Assembly: GCA_001949185.1 (NCBI GenBank)
Contig: BDGG01000010.1
Location: forward strand, 1,683,773-1,747,772
Direction of reading: 5' to 3'
DNA: 64,000 nucleotides
Origin: Ramazzottius varieornatus
Taxonomy: Eukaryota; Animalia; Tardigrada
Below the pieces are notes generated by a model. That model saw only the letters and a program-made list of their open reading frames with translations, made no database searches and was not told where the DNA came from. The position numbers and the translations under genes were made by a program. Below, piece by piece: positions 51,337 to 62,500 of this stretch (positions within the stretch are counted from its first letter, which is position 1; every line of letters starts with the position of its first letter).

Positions 51337-52182
51337 CGTTATCACTGATATCAAAAACTATGGAAATATACAGAAAAAGTTTTAAAGTTTCCGTTCGAAA
51401 ATTTCGAAGTCTTTCTGGAGAGTAGACAACGGTGAAAATTTACCGTGTTGCCCTAAGATTCGTGTTACCGACAGTGATTTATGCCCCGGAGAGAAATAGC
51501 TGAATTGCTATGCAAGCTCCACTAAACATCGGAATAGCGTCCCGTATGCGCTATGCAAAGTTCAGAGCTTGCATAGCATAGTGGGTTCAATCGGTTCAAG
51601 CCCGCCTCCGTGGTCTATTCCGATTGGCTCGTTGCTGTGCTAATTCTGTACTAAACACTCATCAAGTCAAATATCAACCTCTCTAATAATGTAGAATCAC
51701 CATTCACCAAGTTCGTCATGGAATAGTCGAAAGATGACTCCTACGATAGTCCATGTGGTCTGCATGGGTAGGAGGAGATAGTCACACTACCTTTGACGCG
51801 CCATCATGCGCGACCCAGTTTAGACACGTAAAGCCCATTGACATGACTGTGTATAGTTTACTGTTTGCTTGTCGTTGTCAGTCTTGTCGGACTATGTGAT
51901 GCGCAAACAGAATCACTCAATTGCTGGGCTGGAAAATACTGGTTTCTAGCGACACGTTGTTGAAGTATTCTTCGTCGTCGAACGGATTCTCGGCTCTATT
52001 GGTATGTAAATGTTCCTGTTTTCTATCCTTAATCAGGCGTGACGGTGGCGGTGGCGGTGATGGAAGCTTGGCAGTTCCACGTCACGATTCACGGGGGACG
52101 ATTTTGATGTGTTTGCTCTTTTTACAGGTCTGGTCTCCATTACCTGCTCAAGGTCGCGGCTACTCGGTTTCCCCCTTCGAAA

Positions 52183-52569
52183 ATGAGCTGGCAAGACTAC
52201 GTGAACAACAACCTGCTGGGCACTGGAACGTGTACTGGAGCAGCCATTGCGGGACATGATGGTAACATCTGGGCTGAAGGAGGCGACATTGCGGGACGCG
52301 TTACCCAAGCCGAACTGACCAAGATCAGCAATGCCTTCAACGACCCATCGGGCTTCCAAGCTGATGGAGTGCGGATCGGAGGGGATCGGTACATCTACCT
52401 AACCAGCGACGGTACCGTAATGCGAATCAAGAAAGGTGCTGGAGGAGCGATTATCGTCAAAACCGGACAAGCCATCATCCTGGCCACTTATAACGATACC
52501 ATCCAACCTGGCCAGTGTTCTGTCGTCGTAGAAAAGCTGGGTGACTATCTAAAGAGTGTGGGATACTAA
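52183..52569 (+). CDS. Profilin, intronless CDS
   Basis: MSWQDYV..AAIAGHDGNIWA..GVRIGGDRYIYL..KTGQAI..PGQCSVVVEKLGDYLKSVGY. Confidence 0.97.
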   Translation: MSWQDYVNNNLLGTGTCTGAAIAGHDGNIWAEGGDIAGRVTQAELTKISNAFNDPSGFQADGVRIGGDRYIYLTSDGTVMRIKKGAGGAIIVKTGQAIILATYNDTIQPGQCSVVVEKLGDYLKSVGY

Positions 52570-53482
52570 GGGAAGGCACTCTGGATGAATGGAACATCAA
52601 AATGCACCGTGAAAGAAGTTCCCCTGATTCGTGATGATTGGCTCTGAAGTTTGAAGGCATTGATTGATGTTGGTTGCCTTATAATCTTCTTTTTTTGCAT
52701 ACTTTCTGGGTTCCATAAGGCTGTACTTCATTTTGCATTAATCTTCTCCTTCTTCGGATCAATTCCTTCTTTCCTCAAGAGTATTTAGCTTGCAGCTGTC
52801 GCAGTTTCTCAATTATTACATTCGCTTTTTGTGTCAGACCATGAATCGTTCCCGTAGCTTTTTGAAATGTTCCAGTAATAATTTTATTAATTCCCTCGCC
52901 TGGAGTAAGGAGTTGGCTGTAGCCGCTGTTTTCGATTCCGGGAACCTCCGATTTTGTTCTGCATAGAGAATGGACGGAGAGACCTCGTTCACTTCCTGAA
53001 TCAGGTTCTAAGACCAGAGTGGACGCAGCAGTCCAGTCTCCAGAAAAAAAGATGTCCGGTACCTGCGCAATGACGGCGAATTTCCGGATCGAGTGCAAGC
53101 GGTGTGCATCAGCTCTTCCGAGCTGCGCGTTCAGAAAGACGGGATGTTGTGCCTTGCGACAGCGATGGCTTCTGATCGCAATTTCCTGAATGACTCAGGA
53201 TTTTTGGAAAGAATTTGTCATTCCGACTTCCGGTCCATTCTAGACATCTAGTGCATCATTTCTAGAGACCATTCGTCTCAGATTCTTCAGGATTACTTTA
53301 TTACCTGCGGGCGGAGTACGCCAGATCGTCCCGGAGCTTGGGTAGCGCTTCATTGCCCTCCCAGAAGACGTGAGAACTGTTCGTCAAGTATTCCGTCCCA
53401 TAGTGGGAGCTTACCCTCATCTGCATTGGATGTCAATTTGTCATTGGTAAGACGCCTTGGACGTGAAACAGAGGCTTTGTCC

Positions 53483-54969
53483 ATGGATGCCGAATCGCTC
53501 TCAGAACTCTTTACGAAAGGACAGAAAGCTTTCCAGCGGCTAGTAGAAGGTGCGGAAGAGTCGAGCTCGGTAAGTCCAGCTAATTAACAAACTATCCTTC
53601 ATGTGTCAAGGAACCCACGGATGTGAATGTTGGAGTATTTAATTAGAGTGTATGAGGCTGACGCTCGTCATTTGCAGTCGAACGTAGAGGAGCTGATCAA
53701 GAGTTTTGAGACCCTAACGAAGTATGTGTCGGTATTAGGACTGTTCAGCAGGAATGAAAATATCGAAGAAATCGCCACCACGGACTTACGGTATGTGCAC
53801 CGTCGAACTCTTGCGCGTTTGAATATACACTTCATGCTGTGCGCTCTTTCTGTAGATTCCTCCTTCTTCCCGCGTACCTCGCGAAGCTTACATTGAGGCT
53901 GAACGATCACCGCTATGACCGCCTGGAAGCGGCGGAAGTCTACATCAGGAACTTCTTAGGTCTGTGCAAGGACTACGAGGTCCCCGGTCATGCGGCGATA
54001 CCCAAGTCCGCACTCAAACCGAACGACGCGGTAGTCGAGAATGATAATACAACAAGACTTCAAAAAACACCACAAGATCTCCTGAATGAAGCCTCGAACA
54101 AACGAGCTGCAAAGATCGCTGCACTGAAGCAAAGGATGGACCATCAGGAAACAGTGCGGGAACTCCAGCGAAGGCTCGACCAAGGCTCCGCAGACGACGA
54201 TGTCCAGGTTAGTTTGCGTCGGTAACAGATCCGTAACGAACTTTGGTTTCCTCTTTACCCAGTCGGTCACTGAAGAAGTGAAGACTTCGGCTTGCAAAGA
54301 ACCGAGTGTAGATTCTTCTTACCGTTTTGCATTTCCGTTGTAGCGCGCTTTCTATCAGAACATGATCATGAGTTGGGTTCTGGACTTACTCGAGGAACTC
54401 CCATCCATACAGGAAGAAAAGAGAATGCTGGATCATCGGAAGAAGTTGGCGAACGGCGAGCATATTGAAGAAGTGATCTCGAATGCGTCGAAGCAGAAGC
54501 GACTCGTAAGTTTGGTCATATTGACGAGCTTTTCTTCGAGCAGAATGGATCCTGGTAATGCTACATGGCATTTTCTCGTTTTTGTAGACGAAGCCCATCG
54601 TACTGGTCAAGAACGAGATACAGAAAAATGTTTTTGGGGCTGGATACCCGAGTTTGCCAACTCACACAGTCGAAGAGTTCTACCGGGAACTTGTGGAAGA
54701 AGGGGCTCTCCCAGCACCAGGCTCGAAAGCTGCTGCTTCCATGAACTATACCGGTCCGACACAAGAACAACTAGAAGCCGATGATGTTAAGAAGGAACAA
54801 GACGAAGAGAAGGACGATCCTGACTATCTGACTAATACCCGCGCGTACGATGACTGGAAGGATGGTAAGTTCTCGCTCGCTTGTACCTGACTACCACTAC
54901 GGACACAATTTGCCCCTTTTTTACCTAGAACACCGAAGGGGATGGGGCAACAGGATTGGACAAGGGTAG
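53483..54969 (+). CDS. IGBP1: Immunoglobulin-binding protein 1 (alpha4/TAP42), multi-exon
   Basis: LGLFSRNENIEEIATTDLR|FLLLP, KRAAKI, VFGAGYPSLPTHTVEEF, RAYDDWKD|EHRRGWGNR. Confidence 0.95.
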
Positions 54970-55295
54970 AAGGTCATTTACAGCCTTCGATATTTAACGT
55001 CGAAGCTTTCGGCAGCCGTACATACAATTCTGCTCATGATCTTGTTCCGATGTGTCGCAGATGGATAAAAATACTCAATACTGGAATGCCATACAAGTAA
55101 AAAATTAAAATCTGAAATTTTTCGGTGAATAAAAGTGCGTGAAAAATACTTTAACAAAGACGGCATGAACAAACTGACAATATTGCGTATCTTATGGAAT
55201 ATCTCACAGAATAAAATCAAAATGAACATCATAAGTTTTCGTTTTGATAATTCCGACGAAACGTACTAAAAAGAAAGACTGTGATTTGGTGATGC

Positions 55296-56381
55296 CTATT
55301 TAGTTTTACTGCTTCCGGCTGGCTGATTTCCTGCCGGACCTTTAAACACAATGTCAATGGTGGTAGAATGGCACGGCCGAAAGTCCAGTTCAAAGTAGTC
55401 TATATTATTCTCTCCTTCTGGCCGCTTGAAGTAGTCCAACCCGCGACCAATCTTTATGAGCCACCCGTTATTGAACCTGAAAGCACAACAAGAAGTTCGG
55501 CATGGGAACTTCATTTTATGCGATGAGACTGGACATACCTTATTTCTCTGTCGTGCAGGGTTTCAGAGTACTGGAGAACCAGGCTTACATTGTGCCGCAA
55601 CAATCCGGCTTTCATTTCTTCCAGACGCATCATCTGTGCTGTTTTAGCTTCCGGGCTTTGCTACTAAACAAAACCACCATCCGTTTGAACCTTGTCATAT
55701 TCGTTGTCTTGAGTCATAAACTGCCGCTCTATTTCCGGTTTGAATTACCTGTCCACAGGACGTCTTCAGCCGAATAACCCTGAGCTGACGTGCGTGTTTG
55801 ACGAGAAGTGCGCAGAACCGGAGAAACATATGTATCTGTATTAAAAGATGAGGTACTTACGGAGAGTAAGTTAAATGTGGTTTTCCTCGTTGGAGAACTT
55901 ACTTGATGATTCGCACGAATATACGGATCGTCGATCTGGACCTCCGTCAGTTCCGAATCGATGTATGGTATGAAAACCGTTTCTAGCCCGTAACCCACAG
56001 CGCCGTCTTCTATAAGTATCTGCTCATGGTATCCCTGCGGCTTTTGCTTTGCATCCTCCACTTGCTTCTTTAGCAGCTCCGCTCGGTCAAGATACTGCTT
56101 GGCTCTAGCCGTAAGTGCGCTTCTCGTGTTTGCGTCTTTTGCACCTGATAAGCGATGGTATAACAGATCAACCATACCGAGGCGGGAGCTGTGTCTACGG
56201 GATATCGAGTCACATACAGTACTTACGGCAACCTACTTTTGATGCTCTTGAACAGAAGATTGATTCCCTCGGTGTACATGTTGCACGCAGCCAGAAATTT
56301 CCCTTCGCGATCGAACTGAATCGCAAGAGTCAATACCCGTGTAACATCAGGATCAACTGCATCAGCGCGGGAAGCCGCCAT
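55296..56381 (-). CDS. MITD1: MIT domain-containing protein 1, multi-exon
   Basis: MIT domain ([19 protein letters not shown]), [22 protein letters not shown]|[18 protein letters not shown]; gccaccATGg start. Confidence 0.94.
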
Positions 56382-57177
56382 GGTGGCTCAGGTACCGGAC
56401 CACTCTGTGTTCCAAAACTGCAGATCACTCGACGGATGTTGGAAAGAGTACAGTGTCTGCTGCCAGATGCAAAGGCACGTCTCACGGTCTCAAGAAAAGA
56501 TGATATTCCAAGTCTCCAGCAGCTCAGCCTCTTCCCGAAGGACAACAGCACTCGGCTTTCTAATCCCAAAGGCTTCCTTCTGCCCACAGCTTATACATCG
56601 ACCGTCCGTTCACCCTTGCCCGAAGCCAGAGTCTGGAGCCTCAGAACATTCGACCTTAAACTTGGGAAGTTGGATTGTTGAGAGGTACTAGTAGTTGACT
56701 ACTGTAACTGGCTAATGGGAACAGCGATCGTCGATCAGATAAGGATAATTTAGAGACTCAGAGTCATCGGAAATTCAGATTTAGAGAACCACAACAAATA
56801 ACAATGCCGAGTTTGCCATTTTCGCCTCAATGATGAGTTTAATCTCCAATGGATATCAACGAGTTGATTGGTGCCTGCTACAAACTTGATTTAGAAGCTG
56901 ATTATTCTGCATTTCTGCTTCGAATTCTAATTTTCTGATTTCCGGTCCCAAAGATGGCCAGTATTTTATCGACATCAGCGACTCTGATATACGTCTTTAA
57001 GTAACGCGTTTGTATTGTAGAACCTATGGGACTACTGGAGGAAGATACGTGAACTGATATGCCGTTAAAGGAAGACGGGTCTTCGTCGAGGGGCTGAATC
57101 GGACTCTCTCGAGCTGACTATGCTGACATTGACTACAATCGGCTGATGGACCGTCAGACTGACCGGTACTTCCAGCG

Positions 57178-58375
57178 ATGGCGTTAAACAGGCAACGCCT
57201 TGCGATAACGATTGCTAGACACTCCGGAACACTAGGTTGCTCCTGGATATCGCATCGAACATTCACCTTGACGTCTAGTTCTCTCGGAAATACAAAGTCA
57301 TCAGATGTTTTGTTCTTCGGCACTGACCATTACTCCATCTACGCTTTCAAAAGCCTTCTCCGCAGTATGGAAACGAACGCTGCCAGCATCGGGCGGCTGG
57401 GCGTTTGCTCCAAGTTCCACGAGCCATTGTGCGAGTTGGCAAAGTTCGCTAACAGGGCTAAATTGTCCAAAGACATCATCACGATAGACTATCGTGATAT
57501 TTTGAGGTATTGCAAACACGAGCTGACTTGTTAACTCTAATCTAACTCACCCGTTGTTTTCCTGCAGTTCCTTATCGCTGCAAAGTTGGGATCTCGGAGT
57601 CCTGGCTTCGTTCGGACATTTGCTCCCCGAAGACCTTATCACTTCCTTTCCTTACGGTATCCTGTGCATACATCCTTCCCTTCTTCCTCGCTATAGGGGA
57701 GCCGCGCCACTCGTGGAGACCATACGAAACGGCGATAATGTCTCGGGAGTCTCTTTGATGAGCATCGCGCCAAAGAAGTTCGACGTAGGTCCGATTCTAG
57801 CTCAAGAAACAGTGGAAATACCATCGAGATGCACAACGAGGCAGTTGGGCGAGCTTCTGATGGGTCGCGGGGTAAAGCTGTTAGAAGACGCCCTGAACGA
57901 CTTACCTGCCGCTTTAGCAGCAGCGAAGCCTCAAAGCTCCGAAGGTATATCATATGCGAAGAAGGTAACAGTTCGGAAAACTTTCATAGATTGGAATTGG
58001 ACGATGGATGAGATAGACCGGTTTTATCGGGCTGTTCATGAAGATTTTGGTGTCAGAACCCTATGGGAAGGTAAAGTTGCCCATATCGGAAATTTTACCG
58101 AACCAGATATGGTGAAGTCTGCTAAGGTAGACGAGCTATGTTCGGGTAGTTCTTCACCTGGTAGTTTTTATTTTCATAAGAAGAGAAGGCAGCTTTTTGT
58201 GCGCTGTGCGGATGGGTGGGTTGGTGTGGGTAGTATTGGTTTACCTGATCGGAAGCCCATGTTGGGCGTTGATTTTTATAATGGCTTTTTGTCGCCTGAG
58301 AAGAACCGGGCAGAAGTTTTTGAGTCTGTCAAGAGACCGTCTACATCCAAAAAATCAGCAAACCATAAAACTTAA
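57178..58375 (+). CDS. MTFMT: Mitochondrial methionyl-tRNA formyltransferase, 2 exons
   Basis: Presequence-like N-terminus, VLFFGTD, LGVLASFGHL, IHPSLLPRYRGAAP, KFDVGPILAQ, VDFYNG. Confidence 0.94.
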
Positions 58376-58470
58376 CCCAAAACTTCCTTCCTCCATCCTG
58401 TTGAAAGCAAGGAGAACTTTTCCTGTGCACGGATCCTTCCTTAAGAAGCTTTCAGATACAATGAGTTGTA

Positions 58471-58608
58471 CTGTATTTCCTCCAAGGTTTCGCGCAGTCA
58501 CATGACAGATACATAAAATGATCCCCGGATATTCATGGTTCAATCACTAGCTCTCGGATTATTTTATAGGCCTATCATGTGACTGCGCGAAACCTTGGAG
58601 GAATACAG
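58471..58608. mobile_element. 138-bp MITE with about 38-bp TIRs and TA TSD
   Basis: ctgtatttcctccaaggtttcgcgcagtcacatga is inverted at 58574-58608 (one indel); TA on both sides. Confidence 0.85.
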
Positions 58609-59179
58609 TACATTGGCAGGTTTTACAGATGCTTAACATACCGTGCAACAAATAACTTCCAAGCTAACAATTGAAAGCATGAGCGTATTTTCGACAGGAG
58701 CGAAGAGTACCATCATATCAAAAACTACAAAATGGGTATATAAGCTAAAGGAACTAGAGGTATCATACAATGAGCGTCTTCGAAAAAGGGGCAAATTTGG
58801 TACAAAATACTAGTGGTCAAACTCAGCATCAGGGAAACAGTAACAATAGCTGCACTACTTTTGGCATATCGACAAGAAAATAATAGCAAAAAATATCCGT
58901 AAAAAAGGACAGAAAGAAAAATACGTTCGAAGGAAAAGAACGGACGTAAGGACAGTTTGGCCAACGAGGGATCTTGGTTCGGGTAAAGGAAAGTCGGGTA
59001 TTCGATAATCCAGTATGGTCCGTCGTGAAAATAAGACGGATGTTTCCCGGGTGTCTGCACTGCTTCCGCTTCGGGTTATCATGTAGGGTATTGTGGGACA
59101 ACAACGAGGTAAAAGATACAAAAAGTGTACGAAAGTTTGGCAAACACCGAAAACATTGGTAGGTTATTATTTTGGCTGA

Positions 59180-62100
59180 CTAATAATGAGGAGCTTTGGC
59201 AATATGTTGAAAGAAGGAGACTTTGTCTTCGGCCGAATGTCCGCAGACACAGGTGAATGGGTCTTGGGGTGAGCCATGCAGACCCATATGCATGGCGAAC
59301 ATGGACGAGTCTTCGAAGCTCATGGCGCAGTACTCACACAAGAGCTCGCGACGGCCTCGCTTCGCTCCATTGACCAGTGGCTTGATCACTGACGAGGGCG
59401 ACGCTGCATAGACTCTCTTCGACGGACTGACTTTGACCCAGCCATCTCCCACATCATTCTCGTGGCACAGCGAGCTTTGGTTGAAGGCTTCCGGGCTCTC
59501 GGGCTGGACCACAGTGCACGTCTCCTTCATTTCTGAGTCGTCCTCTTCTTCGCCGGCTAGATTGTCTTGCAGACGCTGACGAACAGCCGCTTCCAGCTTG
59601 AAGGCTGGACCTTTGCGACGTCGACTTCTGGAGGAAACGGCAGCGCCGGCGGGGTTGCTGGAGCCGTCGCTTCGTGGAGACTCGGAGTGACGATCGCTGC
59701 CGTTCTCTTTGCCGCCACTGAGGTCCAGCGGAGAAGCTACTGTGACTTCTCGAGCTAACTGGCGATCGGTGTTGAGCGACATCGAAGGAAACATCCGGAG
59801 GGCCGAGCTTTCCTTCTTGATGCCATTGTTTATAGTATAATCTGTAGGAAGATAGCAAGTAAGTCACAAACACCCGCAGAAGTATATTCAGTGGGAGAAA
59901 CTCACTTCGTGGTTGTTCTTGTTGGGCGTCCGATTCGGATGGCGAGGGCGATTCCCGCTTCACGTTGACTTCTGGTTCTGGACTAATATGAGGAGGTCTG
60001 ACAAATCGATTCATGGGCATGGAAGGCATTAGTCCATTGGCGGCGGCGGCGCTGAGCAGGAGGTTGTTGTAGATGGAAGCTGCATGGAAGGGACTGATGG
60101 CGCCACCTGGTCCATACATTCCGTATGCAAAGCCCGGCGGCATCTGCACGGGTCCTCCTGGACCGGCTCCATCTCCCATGGACATGGAAACAGGCACGTT
60201 TGGTCTCATTGCCATTGGGTGGAAACCCTAAAAGAATTTACTGTAATCAATCCCAGCCAGAAGTTCTACTCTATCCATGTTCGGAGGACCGAGAACCCAC
60301 CCACGTCACACACCTGCATTCTTACCGCTGATAATAAATTGGAACGTGATCGCATGCAGGTTTGTGAGTTTTCATTTCTGTTCTATGGATCTCCATTTCA
60401 AACGTTCTTCGTTTTACAGGTTTTTTGCAGCTACTTATTTCGGGAAATTGTTTTGTGGATTTAAGTGGAATTTAGACATGCCTGGAACGGATGTGGTGAT
60501 ATGCGGCTGGAAGTTGGCGGACTAGGTTCTTGATTAATGTTCTTGCGGCTATTGCGTCGTTTCTTCTGTTTGCCCGATGCTTCGTCGCCTACGAGAGAGG
60601 ACACCAGAGCCGAGGACGTCAGGATTTGCGGAGGTTGCGGCGACCCAGCCATGCTCAGCTGTGAGGCTTCCGAGCCGACGTTCTTGGCTGTGTGCTTGTA
60701 CTTTTTCAGATGGAGTTTCAAGCTATGGCAGTACTTGGTAACATAGCCACAGTCACACTGAAATTGGTAATGACTAGAATGGGACTTCATGTGGGAATTG
60801 AGCATGGACTTGTTGACACAAGTGTAGGTGCAATTGGGCTGAGAACACTTGAAGGGTTTGCTGCCTTGATGATTCCTGACATGATACTCTAGATGGTGTT
60901 TGTACTCGGTGACAAAGCGACACCCGTCCAAAGGACAGGACAGTAACTTCTCGACCTTAATGTGAGTACGCTGATGGTCGTAGTAATCGTTCTTGTTCGT
61001 GGCGATGAAGTCGGCGCACTGAAAAAATGATCAAAATGTATTCATCTCCCAAAATCATCTCTCAAAATTTTTAATGCTCAAATTTGGACGTGGGCAAATG
61101 AGCTAAGCCAGATCGTTTCCCCAAGTGGCGCAAACTTCCAGCCAGTAATAATGAAAGCGTGCACCACTTGAAATAACAATCTGGTTCTATCCATTTGTCT
61201 ACTCCGTTATTTTGCGAAATATTTTTGAACGGTGAAAATTTACCTGTTTGCAGCGCCACGACTTTTGTTTGGCCGGTGTCGCGTTCGCCTTCGTTAGGGA
61301 CTGATTGCCCTGATCGTCCACGTCATCACTATTCTTCTTTCCGCGACCCTTGCCGTCATCCATCGAGGTTTCTCCATCGTTGGGATCGGATGCGTGATGG
61401 TTCTTGACGTGACGTCTCAGGCGACCTTCCGTTCTAGTCGAATAGTTGCAGTCGGGAATGTAGCACCGATGTACACAGTGTGTATTCATGTGCGAGTTGA
61501 AATGGAAGCGGGAAGTGTTGGTGAAGTTGCAGAACTCGCAACAGAGCAACTGGCCTGGAGCTACTTCATCTGGAAGCATACCGGACAGTTCATCCGACCT
61601 CGATGAGCCTGGCGAGTGGGATGTACTCGTATGCTCGGCTTCGGCATCTGAGCCACCACCTTCCCTTCTTGTCAACCTACAATAAAGAACCCTCAGTGTT
61701 AGTAACGTAACTTTTCCTTGGGCACGGCCCCGAGTGGCTATTATGACTGCCAAGGTCGTGCCGTATATTCAGGATTCTTCGCGTGTTTTGAATCTTTCTC
61801 TAGTTCGTACCTGAAATTCAGCAGAGTGTTTCTTCGAGCCATCAACTGTTGCTGCAGAAGGTTATTATAAGAAGTAGCCTTTTGTCTCTTGTTCTCGTAC
61901 GCCTCTTCCCCATCCATGGAGCTGTGGAAGGACGCCTCAGACTTTGGGGATGGGATGGACATGGTGAAGTCGGGACCTTCGCCTTCTTCTTCGATGTTGC
62001 TGGATGTAGTAGGCACGTTCCCGTCGACCTTTGATGATTCAGCATCTTCTGGGTCTTTGTGCGAGGCAGCTGAGGCGGATGAGACGTTACTGTTGGTCCC

Positions 62101-62500
62101 CGCTGAGTCACGCCGATCAGTCAACACCTCATCGGAGGGATGACGAGCGCCATTTACATCATTCGTATGATAGGACAAACGACCGCGAAACATGCTGGAA
62201 GAGTCCACGACAGGTGGTGGACTGTAACTGCGAGGCACTGTAAAAGCCTAAAAATCAAAAAGAATAAGCTAGAAAATTTACTAAAAAAGATTAATAGATG
62301 GCGAAACGAAGAGTTGCAAAACTTACTGCAGGTTCCTTGCGGTCTTCCAGAAGATCGGTCCACTTCGTTTGTAGAAGTAACTGGGATGGTTCGAAGTGAT
62401 GGGCGGTGATGGGAAGTCCAGGTGGGAAACCTCCTCGTTGTTGAAGACTTCGGAACTGTTCAACGTAGTTGGGAGTTTCTTGTGAGAGGTTGACTGCCAT
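59180..62500 (-). CDS. hb: Hunchback C2H2 zinc-finger transcription factor (2+4+2 fingers), multi-exon
   Basis: [55 protein letters not shown]; C-terminal [22 protein letters not shown]; two upstream fingers. Confidence 0.96.
61086..61205. repeat. Intronic palindromic repeat, copy F (in hb intron 61019-61243)
   Basis: ggacgtgggcaaatgagctaagccagatcgtttccccaagtggcgc...gtgcaccacttgaaataacaatctggttctatccatttgtctactcc folds back over about 55 bp. Confidence 0.82.

Larger units (their letters stand above)
49409..51684. mobile_element. PIF/Harbinger-related (PHIS) element with about 50-bp TIRs and AAT (or TA) TSD; no intact transposase
   Basis: agagaggttgatatttgacttgat..gtgtttag is mirrored at 51635-51684; AAT at 49406-49408 and 51685-51687; Myb/SANT-like ORF inside. 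Confidence 0.85.

Noticed and set aside
51570-51612. tRNA-like ggttcaa motifs
   Set aside because: No cloverleaf or acceptor stem could be built; lies in the transposon subterminal region.
4212-58375. Apparent clustering of mitochondrial genes (NDUFB7, TMEM242, NDUFA1, MTFMT) and ESCRT genes (PTPN23, MITD1)
   Set aside because: Interspersed with unrelated genes and expected in a housekeeping-dense region; no shared element shown.
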